Below the pieces are notes generated by a model, which made no database searches, had not been told where the DNA came from, and saw only the letters and a program-made list of their open reading frames with translations. Shown in pieces: positions 49,120 through 57,624 of a stretch of DNA of 64,000 nucleotides; the stretch's first letter is position 1, and every line of letters starts with the position of its first letter. The stretch lies in contig CAWDVE010000022.1 in assembly GCA_963805625.1 (NCBI GenBank), positions 1 to 64,000 of the forward strand, read 5' to 3'. Position numbers and translations under genes: made by a program. Source of the stretch: an uncultured Candidatus Rokubacteria bacterium (GTDB taxonomy: Bacteria > Methylomirabilota > Methylomirabilia > Rokubacteriales > DASRDR01).

Positions 49120-51873
49120 TCACTCCTCGGCGAGAGCGCTGCGGAGATCGAGGGAGACGATCCGCATGACGTCGGTGTCGCTCATCTCGGTGACGAGGCC
49201 CTCCCCGGCCGCCTCCAGGAGGTCGGCCGCCAGCCCCTTCTTCTGCTCGATCAGGGCGTCGATCCGCTCCTCCACGGTGCCACGGCAGACGAACTTGTGG
49301 ACGACGACATTGCGCCGCTGCCCGATCCGGAAGGCGCGGTCGGTCGCCTGGTTCTCGACGGCGGGGTTCCACCAGCGGTCGAAGTGGATCACCTGCGAGG
49401 CGGCCGTCAAGTTGAGCCCGGTCCCGCCCGCGCGGAGGGACAGCACGAAGAACGGGATCGTCTCGTCGGTCTGGAAACGCTCCACGAGGCCCATGCGGTC
49501 CTTCACGGGGGTCTGACCGTGGAGCACCAGGCCGGCCCGGCCGAAGACCTGGCCGAGGTGCTGCGACAGCGGGAGGGTCATCTCACGGAACTGGGTGAAC
49601 ACGAGGACCTTCTCCTGCCGGAGAGCCAGCTCCTCCCCCAGCTCGGCCAGCCGGCCGAACTTCCCGCTCTGGTCGGGCGCGTAGTCGCCGTCGCCGAGCC
49701 ACTGCGATGGATGATTGCAGATCTGCTTGAGTCTCAGGAGGGTGGCGAGGATCGTCCCGCGCCGCTCAATCCCCTCGATCGCGCCGAGGCGGCGCTCGAG
49801 CTCCTTCACCGCCTGCTGGTAGAGGACGGCCTGCTTCCGGGTGAGGGGGCAGAACGCGCGCACCTCGGTCTTGTCCGGCAGGTCGGCGATGACCCGGCGG
49901 TCGGTCTTGAGCCGTCGCAGGATATACGGTCGTACCAGTGCCCGAAGGGGCCCGTAGTGGCGATCGCCGCCGGCCGCCAGTTCCCGGCTGACGCGCGTGA
50001 AGGCCCGGGCGCTGCCGAGAAGCCCGGGGTTCAGGAAATCGAAGAGCGACCAGAGATCGCCGAGCCGGTTCTCGATCGGCGTGCCCGTCAGGGCCACCCG
50101 GGCTCGGCTCCGGAGGCGCTTGACCGTGCGCGCCTGCTTGGTCGCCGGATTCTTGATGGCCTGGGCCTCGTCGAGCACCAGGACATTCCACTCGACCTCG
50201 CCGAGCCAGGGCAGGCGTGGCACCTGACCGTAGGTGGTGATCACGAGATCCGCGCCGGTCAGTTCCTCCGGGGCGAGAGTGGCCAGCTTTCGCCCTGGCC
50301 GCTCCGATGGGTGGGCCACAACCACATCGAGATCGGGGGCAAAGCGGCCGATCTCCTGCTGCCAGTTGGCGATCAAGGATGCCGGCACCACGAGGAGGCT
50401 CGGTCGGGGACCCGCGTCGCCTCGGGACCTCACGCGGCGAGACCCGTCCCCGGCCTTCAGCAGGAGGAGCAGGCCCAGGACCTGGATCGTCTTGCCCAGT
50501 CCCATGTCGTCCGCCAGGCAGGCGCCCAGGCCGAGGCGGGAGAGGAACCAGAGCCAACGGACGCCGATCTCCTGGTAGGGACGCAGCGCCGTCCGGAGGG
50601 CCTGGGGCTTCGTCGCGGCCAGCGCCTCGGGCGTCCTGAGCTGCGCCAGCGTGGTCGCGAGCCACTCCCCCGCGACCACCCGGGACCAGTCGTCCCCGTG
50701 CTCCGGCACCGCGGCCGGCTCTCCGTCTTCGATCGCGGTCCCGGCCATGAGGCGCATCGCCTCTCGAAACGAGAGTCCCTCGCGTGCCGCGCGCCGCGCC
50801 GTCTCCCAGTGGCCAAGGATCTCGCGGAGCTTCTCCCGGTCGAGCTCCACCCACTTTCCGCGCACGAGGGCGAGCCCGTCCGTTCCGGCGAGAATCGCCT
50901 GCCACTCCGAGTCGGAGATGGGCTCGCCGTCGAGCGTCAGCGCGACCGAGAAGTCCAGGAGCGCGTCCAGTCCCAGGGTGGACGGTGGCCGGCCGCCGAC
51001 GGTGACGCTGACCTCGAGCCGGCGGGGACGATCCCGCCGCCACCAGTCGGGCACCCGGACGATGACCCCGGCCGCCTCGAAGGCGGGAACGTCCTGGAGG
51101 AACCGGTGGGCCTCGCGGGGCCCCCAGGCGAGGGGCTGGAAGACGTCCCCGGTGTCCACCAGATCCTTGAGCAGGGGGCTCGCCGCGGCGGCGCGGTCGA
51201 CGGGGGCCAGCAAGGACAGGAGCGCGGTCCGGTTACCGGATAGCGTTCGGAGCGCCTGGCCGAGGGGCTGATGCTGCGGCCGAGCCTGGCCCGAAAGGCG
51301 GGTCGTGTAGGTGGCGAGAAAGGCGAAGGGATGATCGCTGTCCTGCTTGTTCTCCGCCAGGTGAAAGTAGACGCGTCCGACGAGGTTCCAGACGGGGTTC
51401 TTGGCCTGGAGATAGGACTGGACGCTCCCCTGGTGGCGGCTGATCTCCTCGCGGAAGAATGCCTCAAGCTCGGCCCACCACGTCTCGAGCCGGGCCGCAT
51501 CGACGTACTCGGCGCCGGCGAGCGGCGGTACCTCGCCCGCGAGCTGGTCGAGCACGCCTGGCGGGATCGGCACGTCGATCTGGGCGCCCTGCTCCTCGAG
51601 GTCGCTGATGGCGCAGAGGCGGGCGATGAAGAGCCGAGCGAAGTCCCGGAAGAAGCCAAGCGCCGGCGGAAGCGGGGTGGCGACCTCGACGGCGCCGAGG
51701 TGAAAGAGCCCGGCGCCGGTTCCACCGTCGAAGGCGGCCGCGATCGCCTCCGCTGGCTTCGGGTCGAGCGATGGCGAATCGGGGCTCGCGAGGAGGCGGA
51801 GCCGACCCGAGGGTGAGACCGCGAGCGTGACCTGTCGCTCGAACGAGGGCTTGCGCGCCGTGTCAGCGGGCAC
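49120..51873 (-). CDS. SNF2-family helicase/ATPase
   Basis: LRPYQ, LADDMGLGKT, LDEAQ, TGTPIENRL, LRRLK, QATDRAFRIGQ. Confidence 0.95.
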   Translation of the reverse strand: MPADTARKPSFERQVTLAVSPSGRLRLLASPDSPSLDPKPAEAIAAAFDGGTGAGLFHLGAVEVATPLPPALGFFRDFARLFIARLCAISDLEEQGAQIDVPIPPGVLDQLAGEVPPLAGAEYVDAARLETWWAELEAFFREEISRHQGSVQSYLQAKNPVWNLVGRVYFHLAENKQDSDHPFAFLATYTTRLSGQARPQHQPLGQALRTLSGNRTALLSLLAPVDRAAAASPLLKDLVDTGDVFQPLAWGPREAHRFLQDVPAFEAAGVIVRVPDWWRRDRPRRLEVSVTVGGRPPSTLGLDALLDFSVALTLDGEPISDSEWQAILAGTDGLALVRGKWVELDREKLREILGHWETARRAAREGLSFREAMRLMAGTAIEDGEPAAVPEHGDDWSRVVAGEWLATTLAQLRTPEALAATKPQALRTALRPYQEIGVRWLWFLSRLGLGACLADDMGLGKTIQVLGLLLLLKAGDGSRRVRSRGDAGPRPSLLVVPASLIANWQQEIGRFAPDLDVVVAHPSERPGRKLATLAPEELTGADLVITTYGQVPRLPWLGEVEWNVLVLDEAQAIKNPATKQARTVKRLRSRARVALTGTPIENRLGDLWSLFDFLNPGLLGSARAFTRVSRELAAGGDRHYGPLRALVRPYILRRLKTDRRVIADLPDKTEVRAFCPLTRKQAVLYQQAVKELERRLGAIEGIERRGTILATLLRLKQICNHPSQWLGDGDYAPDQSGKFGRLAELGEELALRQEKVLVFTQFREMTLPLSQHLGQVFGRAGLVLHGQTPVKDRMGLVERFQTDETIPFFVLSLRAGGTGLNLTAASQVIHFDRWWNPAVENQATDRAFRIGQRRNVVVHKFVCRGTVEERIDALIEQKKGLAADLLEAAGEGLVTEMSDTDVMRIVSLDLRSALAEE

Positions 51874-51963
51874 GACGCCGCCGGGGCCGAATCCGCGGCT
51901 CGATGATGATCAGCCCGTCGATATCACGGAGGGCGAGACACTGCGAATCCACGTGACGAAGAG
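51863..51963 (-). pseudogene. 3' remnant of a PIN-domain gene
   Basis: LFVT-(shift)-DSQCLALRDIDGLIIIEPR resembles the PIN C-terminal VTGD.LL.L motif; its stop overlaps the SNF2 start; the 5' part ends at the repeat at 51964. Confidence 0.4.
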
Positions 51964-51990
51964 ATAGCGCGATCGGCCGGGCGCGTCAAC

Positions 51991-52390
51991 CTAGTCCCCC
52001 TCCGTCCGGCCTATCCGGCCCAGAGCCAGCCCAGGCACCCGTTCGAAATGGCGTCGGTTCCGTGTCAGGAGGACGGCGTGATTGTCCACCACGATCCCGG
52101 CGATGAGGCTGTCGGCCATGCCAATGCCGACGCCGTCTCGTTCCAGGGCTCGACGGATCTCGGCCGCGGCGTCGGCACCCGGCTCGTCGAGTGGAAGACA
52201 CGGCAAGGCGGCGAGCAGTTCGCCGACGAGCTTCAGCTGGCGCGCGGTCTTCGCGCTGGCGAGGAGCTCGAAGCGCGTGATCACCGTCGTCCGGAGCTGA
52301 ACTGCGGTCGAGCTCCAGGGCGATCCGATTCGCCGCCGGGGCGCGACCCTCCAGGAAATCGATGAGCACATCGCTGTCGGCGACGATCAT
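51991..52390 (-). pseudogene. vapC: VapC (PIN) toxin, frameshift at about 52303
   Basis: MIVADSDVLIDFL in one frame; ITRFEL, IGMADSLIAG and LLTRNRRHF in the next. Confidence 0.85.
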
Positions 52391-52626
52391 CGCCAGGATC
52401 TCCGGAGCGCCTCGGCCGTGTCCCGCAGGGACTTGGCCTCCGGGGACGGCATGGCCCCCTTCAGCAGCACCGCGCGCTTGCGTTGCGCCTCGCGGTCGGC
52501 CTCGGCGCGGAGGTAGGCCTCCAGGGCCTCGCTCACGAGCTGCGAAAACCCCTTGGCCCCCCGGTGGGCCGCGAGTTCGAGCAGCTTGGCGCGATGTTCC
52601 GGCTTCATCTCGATCGTCGTGCGCAT
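52387..52626 (-). CDS. VapB-like ribbon-helix-helix antitoxin
   Basis: MRTTIEM..., SQLVSEAL; GGGAGG RBS; ATGA overlap with vapC. Confidence 0.8.
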   Translation of the reverse strand: MRTTIEMKPEHRAKLLELAAHRGAKGFSQLVSEALEAYLRAEADREAQRKRAVLLKGAMPSPEAKSLRDTAEALRRSWR

Positions 52627-52649
52627 CGACAGGTCCTCCCTAGCCCATG

Positions 52650-52669
52650 ATGCATGCACGTGCATGCAT
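52650..52669. promoter_or_regulatory. Perfect 20-bp palindrome, putative vapBC operator
   Basis: ATGCATGCACGTGCATGCAT; near-identical copy at 29087-29105. Confidence 0.65.
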
Positions 52670-52714
52670 GATCAATCCAGATGAGCCACTGCCCCAAGAA
52701 GCCAGTGGCCACCC

Positions 52715-52736
52715 GGGCATAGTTTGGGCATAGTTT
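52715..52736 (+). repeat. Tandem GGGCATAGTTT x2 (putative integrase arm-type sites)
   Basis: Direct 11-bp repeat; homologous pair at 29150-29171. Confidence 0.8.
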
Positions 52737-52749
52737 GGATGTCATCGCC

Positions 52750-52778
52750 TTGACCGGTGCCGCCTAAGTGGTTATCGT
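52750..52778 (+). promoter_or_regulatory. sigma70 promoter in front of the tRNA fragment
   Basis: TTGACC-17nt-TATCGT, 6 nt before the tRNA 5' end. Confidence 0.7.
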
Positions 52779-52784
52779 TACGTG

Positions 52785-52826
52785 GGGGTCGTGGTGCAGC
52801 CTGGTTACCACACTGGCCTGTCAAGC
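52785..52826 (+). tRNA. 5' half of tRNA-Asp(GTC), fragment only
   Basis: GGGGTCG-TG-GTGC-AGCCTGGTTA-CCAC-A-CTGGC-CTGTCAA-GC: acceptor 5' strand, D arm and anticodon loop; no T arm or 3' acceptor strand. Confidence 0.75.
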
Positions 52827-52843
52827 AGGCGGGCAGATCGCAG

Positions 52844-52883
52844 CCCCTCGGTAAGTCGCGGACTTGCCGAGGGGTTTTTCTTT
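52844..52883 (+). terminator. Intrinsic terminator
   Basis: 14-bp stem CCCCTCGGTAAGTC/GACTTGCCGAGGGG (one G-U pair), followed by TTTTTCTTT. Confidence 0.85.
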
Positions 52884-52919
52884 GGCTGCTTGGCTGGCGG
52901 TGGCTGGTTTTGGGCCCTT

Positions 52920-52953
52920 GAGGGGCGGTCGCGGGCATAGTTTCTGGCATAGC
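52920..52953 (+). repeat. GAGGGGCGGTCGCGGGCATAGTTT-CTGGCATAGC repeat
   Basis: First 24 bp identical to 28946-28969. Confidence 0.8.
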
Positions 52954-53045
52954 GGAGCATGCCGTCCCGGCGCATTCGCGAGGCATGTTGTCTGCACCGA
53001 GCCGGTCTAGACTCCCGAAACCGACTGACAGAAAGGCATGGCGCC

Positions 53046-53609
53046 ATGCGGAAACTGATCTACGGCATGAACCTGACCCTGGACGGCTACGTCGCCGCGC
53101 CCGGCGACGACCTCGGCTGGAGCGGGCCGAGCGACGAGCTGTTTCAGTGGTGGCTCGACCAGGAGCTAGCGATCGGCCTGTTGTTGTACGGGCGCAAGCT
53201 GTGGGAAACCATGAGTTCCTACTGACCGACCGGCGACCAGCAGCCGGGTGCCACCCCGGCGCAGATCGAGTTTGCGCGGAACTGGCGGGATACGCCGAAG
53301 GTGGTGTTCTCCTCGACGGTCGACAAGGTCGACTGGAACACTCGCCTGGTCACCGGCGACGCGGTCGCGGAGATCACCCGGCTCAAGGCCGAGGACGGCG
53401 AGCCGATGAGGGTTGGTGGCGCAGCGCTCGCTGGGGCGGCCATGCGGGCCGGGCTGATCGACGAGTACGAGATCGTGACCCATCCGGTGCTGGTGGGCGG
53501 CGGCACACCGTTCTTCACCGCGCTGGATAGCTGGGTGAACCTGAACCTGGTGGAGACGCGGACGTTTCCCGGCGGCGTGGTCCTGACCAGGTACGAGACG
53601 AGGCGTTGA
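53046..53609 (+). pseudogene. Dihydrofolate reductase / RibD C-terminal family protein with an in-frame TGA at 53223-53225
   Basis: MNLTLDGYV, LYGRKLWE, MSSY*PT (probably WP), PKVVFSST, GLIDEY, GGGTPFF, all in one frame. Confidence 0.85.
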
Positions 53610-53817
53610 GCGTGATTCCTTTGCTGCTTGCCTGAGGGAGTGGCAGCATGCCCCGGAGCAAGGTCGGGCGCGTAAGAACCCGTAGCGTGAGCTGGGGAGC
53701 AAGGTCGCGGGGGGGCCGGGTTGAGGGGCTCGCAACCAGGGGAAACGCGGCGAGAGGAGGGCGGAATGACGTTCGCCGGGCGCAGGTCGCCATCGGCTCG
53801 CGGTCCAGGCGGTCCTG

Positions 53818-54087
53818 TCAGGCGAACACCTGGTCGCATGCGGCACTCGATTCGACCGAGGGCGGTGCGCGAGCTGTGGCTGGCAGCGCGTTGAGGATCC
53901 GCTGCGCGACCTCGTGGTCCGCGACGACGGCACGCACATCGAGCCTGCCACCGCAGCGGGCGCAGGCGGTGACGTCGACATCGAAGGTGCGAGCGAGCAG
54001 CGTGGCCCACGGAACGTTCGAGGTGGCGGCGTAGAGGAGGCCGCCGGCTATCCGGCCGAGGTGCTTGGCCGAGAGGACGTTCGGCAT
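53818..54087 (-). mobile_element. C-terminal remnant of an IS91/ISCR-like transposase
   Basis: WATLLARTFDVDVTACARCGGRL...RIL...ARAPP; no catalytic core visible. Confidence 0.6.
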
Positions 54088-54382
54088 CGGAACATCTGCG
54101 CCCTCGATGCTGCATGCGAGCGTCGTGGCCGATACGGACAGCGCCGCCGGGATGACGGGGCCGGTCTTGTCGCGGGGAGCTGAACGCTCCCCCGTGCCAC
54201 CGCGCGCGCCAGATCAGGGCAGAACGCGCCGAACTCGGCCTGCAGGCGGCGACGGCGGAGAAGATTCGCGAAGAAACAACACGGCGTCCCCGCCGGAATT
54301 ACACTGAAGGCCAGGTTGCAACCCCTCGTCGGCTCTTCATGTCCTGCGCGAGCCGTCGGCTCCGCTTACACTCAGCCGCCTG

Positions 54383-55162
54383 CTAGAAGATGAGGTAACC
54401 GCCGTCGATGATGAATGTATCGCCGGTGTGGTAGCGGCTGGCGTCGCTGGCGAGATAGACCGCGATCCCGCCGAAGTCGTCGCCCACGCCCCAGCGGCGC
54501 ATCGGCACGCGGGGCAGCACCTTGCCCATGAAGGCCTCTCCGTGGAGCGCCACTTCCGTCATCGGCGTGTCGATCCAGCCCGGCACGATCGTGTTGACGC
54601 GGATCTGGTGCCGCGCCAGCTCCACCGCCATGGACCGTGTCATCGCCATTAGCGCGCCCTTGGTGGCCGAGTAGTGCTCGCTGCGCGCCGCGCCCATGAC
54701 GGCCGCGAGACTTGCCGTCGAGACGAGCGAGCCTCCGCCGCCGCGCTCGATCATGTGCCGCGCCGCCGCGCGCAGGCTGAAGAAGGCGCCGTCGAGGTTC
54801 ACGCTCATGACGCGGCGCCACTCGGCGGTGGTCATCTGGGCGAAGCCGCCCGTTGACCCGCCGCGCCCGCTGACGCCCGCATTGGCGAAGAAGGCGTCCA
54901 CGCGCCCCAATGCCTTGACGGTCTCGGCGAAGCACCGATCCACCGCGGCCTCGTCGCTGACGTCGCAGCGAAGCGCCAGGGCCTTGCCACCCTGCCCCTT
55001 GAGGCGCGCGAGCGCCGCGGCGTTCTTGTCCTCGTTGGTGCCCCAGACGCAGACGGCGGCGCCGGCCTGCGCCATCGCCTCGGCCATACCGAGCCCGATG
55101 CCGCTATTGCCGCCCGTGACGAGCGCCACCTTGCCGCTGAGATCGAATCCCTTGTACGCCAT
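54383..55162 (-). CDS. SDR-family oxidoreductase
   Basis: TGGNSGIG, NAG, YSATK, PGWIDT, IDGG. Confidence 0.93.
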   Translation of the reverse strand: MAYKGFDLSGKVALVTGGNSGIGLGMAEAMAQAGAAVCVWGTNEDKNAAALARLKGQGGKALALRCDVSDEAAVDRCFAETVKALGRVDAFFANAGVSGRGGSTGGFAQMTTAEWRRVMSVNLDGAFFSLRAAARHMIERGGGGSLVSTASLAAVMGAARSEHYSATKGALMAMTRSMAVELARHQIRVNTIVPGWIDTPMTEVALHGEAFMGKVLPRVPMRRWGVGDDFGGIAVYLASDASRYHTGDTFIIDGGYLIF

Positions 55163-55189
55163 TGGTGTCCTTTCGCTGTGAAGGGGCGC

Positions 55190-56017
55190 TCAGCCGGACA
55201 GCAAGCGAGCGGCGGCGCGAATCTGCGACGGATCGTATGGGGGCTCGACCAGGAGGATGAGCCGGTCGACACCGGCGCGCGAGAGAGCCGCGCGGTTTTC
55301 GGAATCGGCGCGGAGCCAGGCCGGGGCGAAGCCTGCGAAGGCGCTCACGCCGAAGCGCGCGGGGTCGCGCCCCGCCGCCTTGTGGCTGTCCAGCGCGATC
55401 TGCGCGAGCGCGGCCAGTCGCGGGTGGTGCGCCTGGGTGTTGAAGCCGTCGCCGTGCGTCCCCGCGATCGCCGCCATGCGCGGGCCGAAGCCGCCAATGA
55501 CGATGGGCGGCGCCGGGTCGGCGGACAGATAGCCCTCGGGCCGATCGAGACGGTAGTGCGCGCCGGTGAAAGGCCCGGAATCACCGGACCAGAGACGACG
55601 GAGGATCTGGACGGCTTCGATCACGCGCTGGGCGCGCACCGCATCGGGCTCGACGGCCAGGCCGAGCGCTTCCTGCTCGCGCGCATACGGTGTCCGCCTG
55701 CTTCCGCCGGCTCCAATGCCCAGGATGAACCGGCCGCCGGAGACCTGCTGCATCGTGGCTGCCATATTCGCGAGAAGCCCCGGATGTCGGTTCGCGACGT
55801 TCAGAACGAGAGGCCCGATCGTCATCCGACGCGTCACTTCGGCAAGCGCTGCGAGCGTTGTCATGCATTCGGGCACGCCGGCGGGATCACCGTCCGGATC
55901 GCGCAGGTGGTCCCAGGTCCAGAGCCCGTCGAATCCGCCCTCCTCGGCTGCCACGGCGGCGGCGCGGAGGTCGGCCCAGCGCGCGCCCATCGGGATGAGG
56001 AGCAGGTCGGTCTTCAC
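55190..56017 (-). CDS. LLM-class flavin-dependent oxidoreductase
   Basis: GFDGLWTWDH, RHPGLLA, SGGRFILGIGAG, PPIVIGG.GP. Confidence 0.9.
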   Translation of the reverse strand: MKTDLLLIPMGARWADLRAAAVAAEEGGFDGLWTWDHLRDPDGDPAGVPECMTTLAALAEVTRRMTIGPLVLNVANRHPGLLANMAATMQQVSGGRFILGIGAGGSRRTPYAREQEALGLAVEPDAVRAQRVIEAVQILRRLWSGDSGPFTGAHYRLDRPEGYLSADPAPPIVIGGFGPRMAAIAGTHGDGFNTQAHHPRLAALAQIALDSHKAAGRDPARFGVSAFAGFAPAWLRADSENRAALSRAGVDRLILLVEPPYDPSQIRAAARLLSG

Positions 56018-56059
56018 CGCGGGAGTATAGCCCGCCCCGAACTTGCTAGACTACCGGCC

Positions 56060-56398
56060 ATGAAGAATTCGCGGCGCGTGTACTCGACAGAGAGCGGGCG
56101 CATCCGCCAGCCCGCGCCCGCGCAGTCGGGCCCGCCGCTCTGTGCAGCCCCGCAGGCTACAGACGACGGCGTGGTGCGGATCTTCCGCGAGCGCGGCGGA
56201 CGGAACGGCAAGGTGGTGACGGTGATTCGAGGCCTGCCCGCACGCGATCTCGAAGCGCGCGCGACGGAGCTCAAGCGCCTCTGCGGCGCAGGCGGCGCGG
56301 TCAAGGACGGCGCTGTCGAGATCCAGGGTGACCACCGCGAGCGCATCGCCGAGCGCCTCCGCGGCCTCGGGTACACGGCGAAGCTGGCAGGCGGCTAG
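56060..56398 (+). CDS. yciH: SUI1/YciH translation initiation factor
   Basis: GGRNGKVVTVI.GL, LKRLCGAGG.VKDG..EIQGDHR, AGG C-terminus. Confidence 0.92.
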   Translation: MKNSRRVYSTESGRIRQPAPAQSGPPLCAAPQATDDGVVRIFRERGGRNGKVVTVIRGLPARDLEARATELKRLCGAGGAVKDGAVEIQGDHRERIAERLRGLGYTAKLAGG

Positions 56399-56400
56399 CG

Positions 56401-57237
56401 ATGACCGAGTACGGCCAGCAGAGTCAATTTCGGGACACGGCCGGCCTCGACGCGGTGAAGGCGCGCGAGCTTGCGGGTCGCCTCGAGCTCCGCGCCAAGT
56501 CCCCGGCCGAGGTCGAGGCGCGGCAGGCCTACCTCGATCTGCTCAGCGTGCAGGCGGGGGAGTGCGTGCTCGACGTCGGGTGCGGCAGCGGCGCCGTCAC
56601 GCGCGACATTGCCCGGCGCGTTGTCGGCCCGGCAGGCCGCGCGGTCGGTGTCGACCCGAGCCCGCAGTTCCTCGTGGTGGCCCGCGAGTTGGCAGCAGCG
56701 GCGGGGCTCGGAAGCGGGCTGGAATTCTGCGAGGGCAGCGTGCTCCACCTGCCCTTTCCCCTCGGCTCCTTCGACGTCGCGGTCGCTGTCACGGTGCTCG
56801 CGCACACTCCGGGGGGCGAGAGCGCCGTGGCCGAGATGGCGCGCGTGGTGCGCCCTGGTGGGCGCGTGGGGGTCTTCGACCTCGACACCGACATGACCAC
56901 GGTAACGCATCCGGACCGTGCGCTCACGCGCCGCATCGTCGCCGCCGCCTCGGACTCCTCCGCCGTGGACCGCTGGCTCTCGCGGCGACTGCCGTCGCTT
57001 TTCGCGCGGGCCGGACTCGAGGACGTGCGGGTGCGGGGCTTCTTCCCGCTCGAGACCGATCCGCTGGGCTTCTACGCCAGTATGCTGGAGCGGGCCTCCG
57101 AAATCGCCCTCACGGCGGGGGCGATCACGGAGGAGGAGCGGCGCGGCTGGCTGGAGGCGCTCCACGCGGAGCAGGCGCGCGGTCCCGTCATCGCGGGCAG
57201 GCTCCACATCTTCACCTGGGGCCGCAAGCCGGCTTGA
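56401..57237 (+). CDS. SAM-dependent methyltransferase (UbiE / type 11-like)
   Basis: VLDVGCGSG, LPFP..SFD, ARVVRPGG. Confidence 0.9.
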   Translation: MTEYGQQSQFRDTAGLDAVKARELAGRLELRAKSPAEVEARQAYLDLLSVQAGECVLDVGCGSGAVTRDIARRVVGPAGRAVGVDPSPQFLVVARELAAAAGLGSGLEFCEGSVLHLPFPLGSFDVAVAVTVLAHTPGGESAVAEMARVVRPGGRVGVFDLDTDMTTVTHPDRALTRRIVAAASDSSAVDRWLSRRLPSLFARAGLEDVRVRGFFPLETDPLGFYASMLERASEIALTAGAITEEERRGWLEALHAEQARGPVIAGRLHIFTWGRKPA

Positions 57238-57624
57238 CGGCCCTCAGGAACGCATAGGAGCTCTGGTCTACCCTCGACACGTCCACGTCGAAGGACCCTC
57301 CGTTGTCGGGGGCAAGGGCCATCGTCTGCCCTGAATCCGGAGGATACGGCCGTGGAATACCAGCATCTTTCGGGCGATTGCCGCGCAGACAAGCCCGAAG
57401 TGCCATCAGGGGCGCCCCTGGCTGCGCATCTCATCGGCACCATAGTGGGACAGGGCACCGCACAGGTCAGGGAGCCACGGGCCCAGACGGATACATTGAC
57501 GAGAGTCCGAGACGAAGCCCATGATCACCCATCGTGCCTATCCCTCCAAGCGCGCCCAGGGTTCGGCGACTGGGTCAGAACCTGAACCGCCCGAGCGGGC
57601 AGTGACGGGCAATTGCGAGGCCCT

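Noticed and set aside
52785-52860. Complete functional tRNA-Asp
   Set aside because: No GTTCRA T-loop, no 3' acceptor strand, and the anticodon stem pairs for only 2 bp.
28946-52953. GGGCATAG repeats as a CRISPR array or integron attC sites
   Set aside because: They are dispersed over kilobases with no regular spacers, no cas or intI gene, and no RYYYAAC/GTTRRRY inverted ends that I could find.
53223-53225. TGA recoding (Trp or selenocysteine)
   Set aside because: TGA is the normal stop of many genes here and Trp is TGG elsewhere; a TGG-to-TGA mutation or error is simpler.
47400-54300. Prophage or autonomous integrative element
   Set aside because: No integrase, structural, replication or conjugation genes in the window.
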